The position numbers were made by a program, and so were the translations under genes. A model generated the notes under the pieces. The model was not told the DNA's origin, did no database searches, and saw only the letters and a program-made list of their open reading frames with translations. From NCBI GenBank assembly GCA_963741955.1, contig CAVUKB010000005.1:320001-384000 (forward strand): a stretch of DNA of 64,000 bases, written 5' to 3'. This document shows positions 28,021-38,099 of the stretch, piece by piece (position 1 is the first letter of the stretch; each line of letters begins with the position of its first letter). The stretch comes from an uncultured Acidobacteriota bacterium (GTDB lineage: Bacteria; Acidobacteriota; Thermoanaerobaculia; Gp7-AA8).

Positions 28021-29006
28021 GCGGCCCGCGACTTCTGCGAACCGACCTCTCCGATGAGCGGGTTCTGATTGCACCCGATCGCGGAGCTCGGCCTCACGCG
28101 TTCCTTGCCGGCGCTTCCCGCCGCCGGGAAACGAATCCGGTGGACTGCCCTTTCTGCCCCGGGAACGAGGAACAGACACCACCGGAGACGCTGCGAGTTG
28201 GCGCCCCTGACTGGCGAGTTCGGGTCTTCCCGAACAAGTACCCGATGTTCGTGACCGGGACCGCGGGCAACGGCGGAAGGGATGGAACACCGGCCGAAGG
28301 CGCACACGAGGTGATCGTCGAGACCCGGGATCACCTCGCGGCGCTCGCGTTCCTCGACGCCGGACATTGGCGTGACATCGTGACCACATATCGCGATCGC
28401 TACCGGGTTCTCGCCTCGCTCGAAGGCGTCTCGTGCGTACAGCTGTTCAAGAACGCGGGCACTGCAGCAGGCGAATCGATCGACCATCCTCACAGCCAGA
28501 TCATCGCGATGGGAATCGTCCCCCCGAACCTCGGGCGCATGGCGGCCCGGTTCGAGAGCGCCGCTGCGGCCGGAGACGGATGTCCACTGTGCGGGATACT
28601 CAGTCGTTCCGAATACTCGATCGTGGAGGACGACGGATTCGTGTGGATGGTGCCGCCGGTTCCGCGGCTGCCGTTCGAGCAGTGGATCGTTCCCAGGAGA
28701 CATCACGGCAATCCAGCCGGCATAGAGGACTTCGAGATCCCTCTGCTGGCGCGCCTCCTCGGGACGATGCTCGACGCTACAGACCTGGCGCTCGGCGAAC
28801 CTCCCTTCAACTGGTACTGGTACGCGGCTCCGAAGGGATCCGCGTCCGGGACGTTTCACTGGTACCTCTCCATGCAGCCCCGTCTCACCGGGCTCGGAGG
28901 GTTCGAGTTGAGCACGGGGATCTACGTGAACGTGGTGGCCCCGGAAACGGCCGCGACGCGTCTGCGAAACTCGATGGATCGATCGAAGACTCTCCGCTCG
29001 CTATGA
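28017..29006 (+). CDS. galT: Galactose-1-phosphate uridylyltransferase-like (HIT family)
   Basis: CPFCPGNE, PNKYP, HEVIVE, HPHSQI. Confidence 0.85.
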   Translation: MSGPRLLRTDLSDERVLIAPDRGARPHAFLAGASRRRETNPVDCPFCPGNEEQTPPETLRVGAPDWRVRVFPNKYPMFVTGTAGNGGRDGTPAEGAHEVIVETRDHLAALAFLDAGHWRDIVTTYRDRYRVLASLEGVSCVQLFKNAGTAAGESIDHPHSQIIAMGIVPPNLGRMAARFESAAAAGDGCPLCGILSRSEYSIVEDDGFVWMVPPVPRLPFEQWIVPRRHHGNPAGIEDFEIPLLARLLGTMLDATDLALGEPPFNWYWYAAPKGSASGTFHWYLSMQPRLTGLGGFELSTGIYVNVVAPETAATRLRNSMDRSKTLRSL

Positions 29007-29034
29007 TGGATCGTCGATTCCGGAGTGGTGTTCG

Positions 29035-29724
29035 ATGATCCCGCTGCGAGACTCCAATCCGAGACGATCCGCGCCCGTGATCAACACGACGCTGATCGTG
29101 ATCAACATCCTCTTCTTTTTCTGGGAGCTCTCGCTGGGGCCCCTCCTCCCTCGCGCCATGCAGCAGTGGGCGTTCGTGCCGGCCCGGTTCTGGTCGGGAG
29201 CACCATTCACCGAGGACCTCGCCCGCATTTTCACCTCCATGTTCCTGCATGGGGGATGGCTTCATCTCGGCGGGAATATGCTCTACCTCTGGATCTTCGG
29301 CGACAACATCGAAGACCACCTCGGCCATCTTCGCTACCTTCTGTTTTACTTCGCCTGCGGCCTCGCCGCCACCATGGCGCATGCGATCTCGAACACCACT
29401 TCACTCCTCCCCTCGGTAGGAGCATCCGGGGCAATCGCAGGAGTTCTGGGAGCCTACCTGGTCCTGTTCCCCCACTCCCGCGTACTCACGGTGATTCCGA
29501 TCTTCTTCTACATCATCGTCAGAGAGTTGCCGGCCCTGATCGTCCTCGGGTTCTGGTTCGTGATCCAGATCTTCAGCGGAATCGCCTCCCTCCCGGCACG
29601 CACGAGCGCCGAGACCGGAGGCGTCGCGTACTTCGCACACATCGGCGGTTTCGCCGCCGGGATCTTCCTGATCTTCCTCCTGCGAGGGAGGTCACGACCC
29701 GCGCGCCGGCGATGGCCGGAGTGA
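29035..29724 (+). CDS. Rhomboid intramembrane serine protease
   Basis: HLGGNM, GASG, AHIGGF. Confidence 0.95.
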   Translation: MIPLRDSNPRRSAPVINTTLIVINILFFFWELSLGPLLPRAMQQWAFVPARFWSGAPFTEDLARIFTSMFLHGGWLHLGGNMLYLWIFGDNIEDHLGHLRYLLFYFACGLAATMAHAISNTTSLLPSVGASGAIAGVLGAYLVLFPHSRVLTVIPIFFYIIVRELPALIVLGFWFVIQIFSGIASLPARTSAETGGVAYFAHIGGFAAGIFLIFLLRGRSRPARRRWPE

Positions 29725-29781
29725 TCCAAAGACAAATGCCCGGCCGGAGCCGGGCATTGGATTTCCAGCAGAGAGAGATAC

Positions 29782-30546
29782 TCAGGCGCGGCCGTGAAAG
29801 AACGTGTCCAGAAGCTCGTATGCGTGGCGAAGTTTTTCGGAAGGCACGGTGAGCTCCGAAAAGGCATCGCGGTAGGTGAGCGATGTTCTCTGCAGGTTCT
29901 TTTCGCGCAATGAGAATGCGAGCTCCCGCAAAACCTGAGCCGAAACGGGATCGAGCTCCGGACGTTTGATCTCGGCCTCCAGAATCGAGAGCGCCTGACC
30001 GAGAGGCGCAGGAAGACCGAAGTCGCTGTGAGACGCAGAGGGATGGTCCGGCATGATCGATCCGATCGAACCCGCCGAGCGTCCCGCCGGAAGAGGCGAT
30101 GTGCTGTCGAGGTCGACCGACCCGGGCAGCTGCTTGAGCTGAGAGGTGAACTTCCCGAGCATGAGATAGATCTCCTTCTCGTTCGCGAAGTTTCCGACCA
30201 GGCGACTTCCCTTCGAGAGCTCCAGTTGCTCGGATTCCTGCAGCATGATGTACGCCTTGGCGCGATCCTCGAGGGCGATCTTCTTGGCCTGGACCTTCCA
30301 TGCGGTGAGAGTTCCCTGGATGAAGCACGCTTGCGCCGCACGAACCGTCACCGCTTCGACGCTGACGTTGTCTTCGATGCGGATCGAGCCGTTCGTGGAC
30401 TCCAGTTCGGAGTAATTGCCGGAGTTCTGAATCACCAGATTCCCCGGTGTTTTGATCGATAGCTGTCCCTGATTGTTGATGCGGATCTCCGTCCCCTTGG
30501 GAATGATCATCGTGGGAAAGTTCGTCTGTTCGGCCGCGCTCGACAT
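29782..30546 (-). CDS. Divergent bactofilin-like protein with C-terminal helical extension
   Basis: TMIIPKGTEI...LELSKGSRLVGNF beta-helix pattern; TGATG coupling to the M23 gene. Confidence 0.6.
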   Translation of the reverse strand: MSSAAEQTNFPTMIIPKGTEIRINNQGQLSIKTPGNLVIQNSGNYSELESTNGSIRIEDNVSVEAVTVRAAQACFIQGTLTAWKVQAKKIALEDRAKAYIMLQESEQLELSKGSRLVGNFANEKEIYLMLGKFTSQLKQLPGSVDLDSTSPLPAGRSAGSIGSIMPDHPSASHSDFGLPAPLGQALSILEAEIKRPELDPVSAQVLRELAFSLREKNLQRTSLTYRDAFSELTVPSEKLRHAYELLDTFFHGRA

Positions 30547-31589
30547 CACCCTCTCCTTCTCCCGCCCGTAAATGCCGTTGGCAGGGGATCGAAATCGTTG
30601 TAGTCCTTCGAGGAGGTCCGTGCCTGGATCAGGAGTCGTTCCTCGTCGTTCCACCGGTAGTTCAGGATGTAGATCCGGGGATCGACCGGAATGAACTGTC
30701 CGGCCTTCTGAAGATCCGTGCGGACTTCGTAGTGCAGATGGGAGTTGGTGCTCCATCCCGTCGATCCGACCCTGGCGATGATGTCACCCTGCCGGACCGT
30801 CTGTCCCGGACGTACGTTCACCGTGTCGCAGTGAGCGTAGATCGTGATGAACCGATCGGAGTGCCGGAGGACGACCACGTTGCCGAATCTCCACCAGGCC
30901 ACGCTCTTCCGCAGCGGGTAGCGGCCGGAAAAAGTCACCACCCCGTCGGCGGTCGCGTAGACCGGTGTTCCCGAAGGAGCCGCCAGATCGAGACCGCGAT
31001 GCGCGTCGGGACGCCTGGTGAATGGCGAGATCCGTTTCCCGAAGGGAGACGTCAGGACGAAGCGATCGGCCGGCAGAGGGAGGATGGACGGGATGTGCCG
31101 CACCATCTCCGAGTTCGCCGCCTCGTATTGCGCGAGCATCTCCACCTGATGGACCAGACGTTGCGTCGACGCCCTCAGCTGAAGCTCTTTCTCCAAAGCG
31201 TCATGAAGGGCGAGGTCGACCCCTTTCAGAGTCTTCGATCCTCCGGCACTCGTGCCGCCCTGCCCCCACCCGTCTTCGTCGAGACCGTAGACGGTGATCA
31301 GCTTCTCCACTCTCACCCTCTGGTCATCGAGCGCGCGCTCGAGAGCGCTCATCTGAGTGACGTGTTCCTGCAATCTCCGGCTCTGAACCACGCGCTGCTG
31401 ACGCATCACGCTCAGATGGCTGCTCCGGTAATTTCTGCGGATCACTGTCGGAGCGGCGAACATCGAGCCGACGACTATTCCGAGCAGAACGAAGCCCGCA
31501 GTGATCACGAGCGTGACCGTCCTCCGATCCAGGAAGAGATAGCGGACCTTGCGACGGATGTCGCTCGGATGAATCTGTATTTCGATCAT
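30546..31589 (-). CDS. M23 family metallopeptidase (TM, coiled coil, LytM)
   Basis: HRGLD, YAH, STG, HLHYEV. Confidence 0.93.
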   Translation of the reverse strand: MIEIQIHPSDIRRKVRYLFLDRRTVTLVITAGFVLLGIVVGSMFAAPTVIRRNYRSSHLSVMRQQRVVQSRRLQEHVTQMSALERALDDQRVRVEKLITVYGLDEDGWGQGGTSAGGSKTLKGVDLALHDALEKELQLRASTQRLVHQVEMLAQYEAANSEMVRHIPSILPLPADRFVLTSPFGKRISPFTRRPDAHRGLDLAAPSGTPVYATADGVVTFSGRYPLRKSVAWWRFGNVVVLRHSDRFITIYAHCDTVNVRPGQTVRQGDIIARVGSTGWSTNSHLHYEVRTDLQKAGQFIPVDPRIYILNYRWNDEERLLIQARTSSKDYNDFDPLPTAFTGGRRRG

Positions 31590-31659
31590 GACCGTCCCCG
31601 CGGGGGAAAGGACAATATAACACCAACAATTCGAGGGACAAAGCTCGGTCCGCCGGTAG

Positions 31660-31818
31660 GAGTCTGCGCGATAGAAACGTCCGTAGCGAGAAAGCGGAGC
31701 AACGAGGCCAAATTCGATCGGATTTGAGGTGCGTAGCGGTGGCTACTCGCCGAAAATCCGGGCGGATTTGGACCGTTGATCCGCTTTCGCAGTCGGACAG
31801 TTTCTACCGCGCAGACTC
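31660..31818. mobile_element. MITE family B copy, inverted relative to 26311
   Basis: Near-identical reverse complement of 26311-26469; GTAG on the left, CTAG on the right. Confidence 0.9.
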
Positions 31819-31822
31819 CTAG

Positions 31823-33413
31823 GAGTCTGCGCGGTAGAAACCCGGTTCGCGGCAAATCGGCATGATAAAAGGTGAATGGTTAGTAGTAACGATAATATGT
31901 TAAGATTAGGTCATGCCGACCACGTATAGGCCATACCGACCGGAGCAGTCGCTGCTGCTTCCGCCCTCGCCATACGAGTGGCTCCCTGAGGGTCACTTGG
32001 CGCACTTCGTTTCCGACATGATCGATCAGCTTGATCTGAGTGCATTCTACGAGCGGTACAAGGGCGACGGCAGGCGGAAGCAGCCCTACGAGCCGAGGAT
32101 GATGCTCAAGTTGATCACCTATTCGTACCTGACGGGAACGTTCTCCTCGCGCAAGATTGCCCGGCGGATCGATGAAGATATCGCCGTCCGGTATCTTGCA
32201 GCCGGGAACTTTCCATCGCATCGGACCATCTGCGACTTTCGGCTTGAAAACGTGGACGCATTCAGCTCATTGCTGGTCCAGATCATTCGGACCGCTCAGG
32301 AGGCAGGGTTAGTTACGCTCGGGAGGATCGCAATCGACGGGTCGAAGGTGCGAGCGAATGCCAGCAAGCACAAGGCGATGAGCTACGATCGGATGAAGAA
32401 GGAAGAAGCGAAGCTCGAGAAGGAGATCGCGGAGATTTTGGCCACAGCGGCGGAAGAGGATGCCCGGGAGGATGCCGAGTACGGGGTTGATCGACGCGGG
32501 GATGAGTTGCCCGAAGAGCTCCAGCGCCGGGAAACACGCATCCGAAAGATCAGAGATGCACGAGAGCGACTCGAACAGCGACAGCGGGAACTGGACACGA
32601 AGGCTGGTCGCTCCGAAGGCGACGATGATCCGGCCAGGAAGAAGGGTAAGCCATTCAAACGGAAGTTCGGCGTACCTGAGGACAAAGCGCAAGAGAACTT
32701 CACCGATTCCGAGAGCCGAATCATGAAGTCCCAGGAAGGATTTCAGCAGTGCTACAACGCGCAGATCGCAGTCGATGCCGATAACCAACTCATCGTCGGA
32801 TTCGAGATCACACAATCTGCGGCGGACAGCGGATCACTCGTGCCTTTGGTCGAGGTGGTCGAACAGAATTGCGAAACAAGCCCCGACCAGGTTGTTGCCG
32901 ACACCGGTTACAAGTCGGAAAGCTCGTTCATCGAGTTGGAGGAGAAGAAGATCGATGCGTATGTTTCTCTCGGACGAGAAGGCAAAGAAACCGCAGCTGA
33001 GACGACGCTCCCCGCTACTCTGCGGATGAAGCAGAAGTTGGACTCACCTGCAGGCAAGGCGGTCTATCGCCGGCGAAAGGCGATCGTTGAGCCGGTGTTT
33101 GGCTGGGTCAAAAACGTTCTCGGCTTTCGACGATTCAGTCTCCGCGGGACGCGCAAAGTTGCCGGCGAATGGGCTCTGGTGTGCCTGGTGATCAATCTGA
33201 AGCGAATGAGCGCTCTGGTTGCGGTCGAATAGCCCCGGCAGAGCAGTATCCAACCCCGAAAAGTCCCGCCGAGCAAGTGTTTCGCGCTGCCACCTCCCCG
33301 AGAACGGCTCCATCAACCCCAAGGCGCTTCGATGGCCCGGTTCTGCCGCTCGCGAGCGGACGTCACCCGAGATCATCAGGAAGCGCCGAACTTACGTCCT
33401 ATCGCGCAGACTC
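31823..33413 (+). mobile_element. IS1182-family insertion sequence (1591 bp)
   Basis: TIRs gagtctgcgcggtag / ctatcgcgcagactc; CTAG at 31819-31822 and 33414-33417. Confidence 0.92.
31913..33232 (+). CDS. IS1182-family DDE transposase
   Basis: SSRKIAR, AIDGSKVRANAS, YNAQIAVD, ADTGY, RRKAIVEPVFG. Confidence 0.95.
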   Translation: MPTTYRPYRPEQSLLLPPSPYEWLPEGHLAHFVSDMIDQLDLSAFYERYKGDGRRKQPYEPRMMLKLITYSYLTGTFSSRKIARRIDEDIAVRYLAAGNFPSHRTICDFRLENVDAFSSLLVQIIRTAQEAGLVTLGRIAIDGSKVRANASKHKAMSYDRMKKEEAKLEKEIAEILATAAEEDAREDAEYGVDRRGDELPEELQRRETRIRKIRDARERLEQRQRELDTKAGRSEGDDDPARKKGKPFKRKFGVPEDKAQENFTDSESRIMKSQEGFQQCYNAQIAVDADNQLIVGFEITQSAADSGSLVPLVEVVEQNCETSPDQVVADTGYKSESSFIELEEKKIDAYVSLGREGKETAAETTLPATLRMKQKLDSPAGKAVYRRRKAIVEPVFGWVKNVLGFRRFSLRGTRKVAGEWALVCLVINLKRMSALVAVE

Positions 33414-33417
33414 CTAG

Positions 33418-33594
33418 CCCGCATTTCTCACACCGTCTCGTCGCGAGGAGAAGGAGAGTGGCCTGGATGCAAGGCGCGCCCCGCTTCGGCGAGGAAGGCA
33501 TAGTGGTGACTATGTCGAGGAGCCGAAGGGGGGCGCAACGCAGCAGACAGGCCGCTCTCCGTCTCCGCAGCAGAGATGGTGTGAAAAATGCGGG
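33418..33594. mobile_element. MITE family A copy (177 bp)
   Basis: Collinear with 26130-26306; CTAG on the left, TCAG on the right. Confidence 0.9.
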
Positions 33595-33598
33595 TCAG

Positions 33599-33758
33599 CC
33601 CGCATTTCTCACACCGTCTCGTCGCGAGGAGAAGGAGAGTGGAGTGGTCGCGAGGCACGAGCATCGTCGACGTGGGAAGAGTAGCGACTATGTCGTGGGA
33701 GAAATCCGGAGCAGGTCGGACCCGAACCCGCAGGCGGTCCCGTGCTGTTCGGAATGCG
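33599..33758. mobile_element. Degenerate MITE family A copy
   Basis: First ~45 bp identical to the 33418 copy, then diverged; eroded right end gtgctgttcggaatgcg. Confidence 0.65.
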
Positions 33759-34472
33759 CTACTGCCCCGAAGAGTCGGGAACGACCGGGTCGTCGGCCGC
33801 CAGCCTCTGGGTCGCGCGGCGCTTCAGGAGCATCGGAACTCCGACCGCCAGAAGCATCAGCACGAAAACGGTGACGACACGGTGCAGGAACGCATCACGG
33901 GTGAGAGTTCCGTTGAGCAGTGCGTCGGAAGAGTAGGTCATCACGAACGTGATCGGCGCAATTCCCAGTACGGTACCGAGCACGAAATGGGTGAGCCTGA
34001 GGCCTGCGAAACCCGCACCGTAGTTCAGCACTGCGAACGGGAAGATCGGGATTACCCTCAGCAGGAGAAACGACTTGAATCCTGCATGGTCCAGCTGCCG
34101 GCTGACCCGGCGCCCGTTCTCGCCCATGTGCAGAAGAATGCCGCCTCCGATGAACCGCGCCACGAGGAACGACGCCGTCGCGCCGATGGTCGCTCCCGTG
34201 AGTGCGTAGATCCCGCCGAGCTGCCAACCCCAGATCACCCCCGCGGAGAGAACGAAGACCGTGGCGGGAACCCAAAGGACACACCCGACGGCGTATGCGA
34301 CGATGAAAAGAAGAGGCGCGTACCAGAATCCGGCGATGCGCCCGGCGGTCAGGCGGATGTTTTCGACCGTGAGCATTCCCCGCCACGGCGAAAGATAGAG
34401 AGCGACAACCGCGGCCACGATCGCACCGAGGACCAGGAGACGAAGCGCGAGACGACCGTGTGCTCGGGTCAT
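33759..34472 (-). CDS. TVP38/TMEM64 (VTT/DedA) membrane protein
   Basis: LLRVIPIFPFAVLNYGAG. Confidence 0.9.
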   Translation of the reverse strand: MTRAHGRLALRLLVLGAIVAAVVALYLSPWRGMLTVENIRLTAGRIAGFWYAPLLFIVAYAVGCVLWVPATVFVLSAGVIWGWQLGGIYALTGATIGATASFLVARFIGGGILLHMGENGRRVSRQLDHAGFKSFLLLRVIPIFPFAVLNYGAGFAGLRLTHFVLGTVLGIAPITFVMTYSSDALLNGTLTRDAFLHRVVTVFVLMLLAVGVPMLLKRRATQRLAADDPVVPDSSGQ

Positions 34473-35035
34473 CAGCGCCGGCTCCGGTTCACCACGACTG
34501 TGGAGTTCTCGTCGATCTCCAGCGCCAGTTCCAGCGAACGAACGATCGTCCGCAGCCCGACGCTGCAAGGGACATCTTTGAAGAGAAACGTCCCTTTCCC
34601 CGAGACGTCGGGATCGATGATCAGGTTTCGAATCCCGCACTGCTGCTTCACGATCTTCATGATCTCGTGAACCTCGGCGTCCTTCACGTCGAGAGCCAGC
34701 CGCGGCTCAGACGGATCACTCACCAGAAAGGCGTTCGGAGTTTCATCCACCTTCAGGTTCGCCTCCGCCGCGATCCGCCGGAGTGCGTCGAGTGGACGGA
34801 CCGATCGGGCATGAAGAGAAATCTGCCGGTCCGCGGGAAGGAGCGATCGGATCGCCTTCCCCGTGTACAGCTCGAGGGTCGCGAGAACAGCCTCCAGCGA
34901 TCCGTTCTCGACTGCGACGTCGATCGTCTGCCGGTCGGTGGCCGACGGTGCGATGCGAACCGCATCCATCGCGCCGGCGAATGCGGCCACGCATGCCAGC
35001 GAAAGCAGAATCGACACTCCCCAGGTTCGAGTCAT
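34472..35035 (-). CDS. Exported protein with two secretin/TonB N-terminal (STN/N0)-like domains
   Basis: LDVKDAEVHEIMKIV...LIIDPDVSGKGTFLFKDVP and a similar first half; no secretin barrel. Confidence 0.6.
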   Translation of the reverse strand: MTRTWGVSILLSLACVAAFAGAMDAVRIAPSATDRQTIDVAVENGSLEAVLATLELYTGKAIRSLLPADRQISLHARSVRPLDALRRIAAEANLKVDETPNAFLVSDPSEPRLALDVKDAEVHEIMKIVKQQCGIRNLIIDPDVSGKGTFLFKDVPCSVGLRTIVRSLELALEIDENSTVVVNRSRR

Positions 35036-35135
35036 CAGCTCAGGGAACAACGCCCGCAGCACATTTATTTGCCTCGGTACGACGTTCCGTGCTATCCAAT
35101 TCCGAGCCATCATTCCGGAGGTGACTGGAGGAAGA

Positions 35136-36083
35136 TTGGAAAAGATTCTCGTTCCCGGGCACCTCCTCGACGCGCTGTCCGAAGCCGTGATGGGTCTCGA
35201 TCTCGACCTGGTTCCGTACGACCAGAACGGGATCCCGCTTCGGAACTCCACCGGCACGACCGCGATGTTCCGCTGGTGGCTCTCTCAGGATGATGGCGAC
35301 CGGCTGCTGATCCAGAATCCGGGAATCCGGTGGCTGCACACCGGGTCGGCGGGCGTGGACCACATTCTGACGCCGACATTCGAGCTCGTCTCCCCACTCC
35401 TTACGAATTCTCGTGGGGTCCACGCGCCTTCGATCGCCGAATGGGTCGTCGCCTGCATGCTCTACCAGTTGAAGGCTCTGAACGAGATGTCTCTCCGTCA
35501 GGCCTCGCACACGTGGGAGAAGATCGAACGACCCGAGCTCACTGACAGCCACGTGACCGTCCTCGGGGGCGGGAGTATCGCCTGTGAGATCGCAAGACGG
35601 CTCCGACCGTTCGGGTCCGTCATCACCGCGGTCCGGCGCTCGGCGCGACAGGCCAGCGAGTTCGATCGGGTCGTCGGCCCGGAAGGGCTCGAGAAGGAGG
35701 CCCACGAGGCGGATTGGTTCATCATCGCCGTCCCACTGACTCCCGAGACCCGCGGGGTGGTCGATCGAAACGTGATCGGGGCGATGTCGCCGGAGTGCAC
35801 TCTGATCAATGTCGCTCGCGGCGAGATCATCGACCAGTCTGCTCTCCGCAATGCGATCCGGGAACGGCGCATTCGTGGAGCAATTCTCGACGTTTTCGAG
35901 CACGAACCACTCCCATCCCACGACCCGCTCTGGGATTCTCCCGGCGTCCTCGTGCTTCCCCACACCACCTGGCGAAGTCCAGAGGTGAAAATGCGTCAGG
36001 TGGCGTTGTTCGCCGAGAACACCCGCCGTTTCGTCCGCGGCGACACACTCCTCAACCTTGTCGATGTAACCCGCGGGTATTGA
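35136..36083 (+). CDS. D-2-hydroxyacid dehydrogenase family
   Basis: SAGVD, PLTPETRG, INVARG, LDVFEHEPLP, LPH. Confidence 0.92.
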   Translation: MEKILVPGHLLDALSEAVMGLDLDLVPYDQNGIPLRNSTGTTAMFRWWLSQDDGDRLLIQNPGIRWLHTGSAGVDHILTPTFELVSPLLTNSRGVHAPSIAEWVVACMLYQLKALNEMSLRQASHTWEKIERPELTDSHVTVLGGGSIACEIARRLRPFGSVITAVRRSARQASEFDRVVGPEGLEKEAHEADWFIIAVPLTPETRGVVDRNVIGAMSPECTLINVARGEIIDQSALRNAIRERRIRGAILDVFEHEPLPSHDPLWDSPGVLVLPHTTWRSPEVKMRQVALFAENTRRFVRGDTLLNLVDVTRGY

Positions 36084-36570
36084 CCTCCCGCTCTAATCCC
36101 CACCTTTTCCGTTTTCTTCGAAACCATCAGCAGAGTCACGAAACCAGGAGCGAAATAATCTACAGTGACCTTTCTCTCGGCGCCCGACTGGCGTGAAAAC
36201 GGCCCCTCAGGATCCACAAAACTCAGGTGAGAGGTGCGGAAAGCGGAAATGCGAGCGCGAACGTGGGCTCGCCGGTGGTCCGATCCGCGTCTTCGCTCCC
36301 GTTTGCGGAATCCTGCAGCCGATTCAACAGTCGAATTGCGAGGATGAAGTCGGCGACGAGTCACGGAGCTGCTGAGCCATCCACGTCGGATCGGATCTCG
36401 CTTCTGTCCCCTCGCGGCTGGGCGGTTTCAGCAAAAATCTCTCCCGGCAGGCCGAGCACGGGGCGCGACGCATGCGGGATGATGCCTGGCGATGCCCGTG
36501 AGAAGAGCGCATTCGACGCGCGTGCAGAGCAAGAAGGGCGCGATTGCACGAGACTGACCGAACTGCGCCT

Positions 36571-36600
36571 GAAAAAGAAACGGCCCGGCGATGCCGGGCC
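36571..36600 (-). terminator. Intrinsic terminator after thiolase
   Basis: On - strand: ggcccggc-atc-gccgggcc followed by gtttcttttt. Confidence 0.8.
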
Positions 36601-36623
36601 TCGAATTTCGGAGTTGATGATAA

Positions 36624-37805
36624 TTACGCTGCGGCGGGGTTCTCGACGATCATCGCGATTCCCTGGCCTCCCCCGATGCAGGCCGAGGCAAGACCGTAGC
36701 GCGCCCCGCGCCGTCGCAACTCGTACATGAGAGTGAGGAGAAGCCTGCTCCCGGTCGCTCCGAGTGGGTGCCCGAGGGCGATCGCTCCACCGTTGACGTT
36801 GAGCTTCGACGGATCGATACCGAGATCCTTCACCACCGCGAGGATCTGTCCCGCAAACGCCTCATTGATCTCGATCAGATCGATCTGGTCGAGAGTGAGT
36901 CCCGCTTTCTGGAGGGCGATCTTCGTCGAAGGAACCGGCCCGATCCCCATGATGTCGGGATCGCATCCGCTGATGCCCCACGAAACGATGCGGCCGAGTA
37001 GTTTCCGGCCTTTCGTTTTCGCATACTCGGCGCTGGTGACGACGAGCATCGCTGCGCCGTCGACGATCCCGCTCGCGTTTCCCGCGGTCACGAAGCCATC
37101 CTTCGCAAAAGCCGGCTTGAGTTTCGCCAGCCCCTCCATCGTCGTCTCCGGCCGCAGGTGGTCATCGCGGTCGATCTGCTCCCCTTTTCGACCGACGGTG
37201 ACAGGAACGATCTCCTCGGAGAGGCGGCCCGCCTCCCACGCCGCGCCTGCCCGACGCTGGCTTTCGAGCGCAAACGCATCCTGATCTTCGCGGCTGATGT
37301 CGTACTTCCGCGCGAGATTGTCGGAGGTCTGCGCCATATAGAGTCCGGTGTAGCTGTCGAGGAGCGCAACCATCAGCGAGTCTTCCAGAGCACCCTGCCC
37401 GAGCTTCAGCCCCTTGCGTGCACCGCGGATCACGTGCGGCGCCTGAGACATGTTCTCCATCCCGCCGGCGAGCACGGTTTCCGCCTCGCCGAGAAGAATC
37501 TGTTCGGCTCCACTGACGACGGACTGGATCCCGGAACCGCAAAGCCGATTCACGGTAAGAGCCGGAACCTGCTTCGGTACACCAGCCTTCAATCCCACGT
37601 GCCGCGCGCCGTAGATGGCATCGCCGGAAGTCTGAAGCGCGTTCCCGACGATGACGTGGTCGACCTCGTCAGGTGAAAAGCCGCTGCGCTCGAGTGCGCC
37701 TTTCGCCGCGACGACCGCGAGGTCGATCGCGCTGGTGTCACTGAAGTGGCCGTTGTACTCGGCCATCGGGGTTCTCGCACCGTCGATGATGACCAGTTCC
37801 TTCAT
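36624..37805 (-). CDS. Acetyl-CoA acyltransferase (thiolase)
   Basis: [27 protein letters not shown]. Confidence 0.96.
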   Translation of the reverse strand: MKELVIIDGARTPMAEYNGHFSDTSAIDLAVVAAKGALERSGFSPDEVDHVIVGNALQTSGDAIYGARHVGLKAGVPKQVPALTVNRLCGSGIQSVVSGAEQILLGEAETVLAGGMENMSQAPHVIRGARKGLKLGQGALEDSLMVALLDSYTGLYMAQTSDNLARKYDISREDQDAFALESQRRAGAAWEAGRLSEEIVPVTVGRKGEQIDRDDHLRPETTMEGLAKLKPAFAKDGFVTAGNASGIVDGAAMLVVTSAEYAKTKGRKLLGRIVSWGISGCDPDIMGIGPVPSTKIALQKAGLTLDQIDLIEINEAFAGQILAVVKDLGIDPSKLNVNGGAIALGHPLGATGSRLLLTLMYELRRRGARYGLASACIGGGQGIAMIVENPAAA

Positions 37806-37924
37806 TGCTTCTCCGATCTCGAATTTGTAGTGGTCCACCGGTGAATCCCGGGAGACCCGGTGACTTCGTTCAGGAGTCTCTCAGCGTCGCTCGCCGAGAA
37901 AGGGAACGACGACTGAACCCTGTC

Positions 37925-37980
37925 TACTACGTTGCTCACATCCTCGCCTCCTCGCGTCGAGACGGTGTGAGAAATGCGAG
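37925..37980 (-). mobile_element. MITE family A end fragment
   Basis: cctcctcgcgtcgagacggtgtgagaaatgcgag abutting CTAG at 37981; inner boundary unclear. Confidence 0.65.
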
Positions 37981-37984
37981 CTAG

Positions 37985-38099
37985 GAGTCTGCGCGATAGG
38001 AACTGTCCTACTGCGAAAGAAGGTCAGCGGTCCAAATCCGAACGAATTTGTCCTCGCTGCTCCGCTTTCCCGCTACGGACGTTTCTACCGCGCCGACTC
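37985..38099. mobile_element. MITE family B, internally deleted (115 bp)
   Basis: Same TIRs and CTAG flanks; lacks the central 44 bp. Confidence 0.85.
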
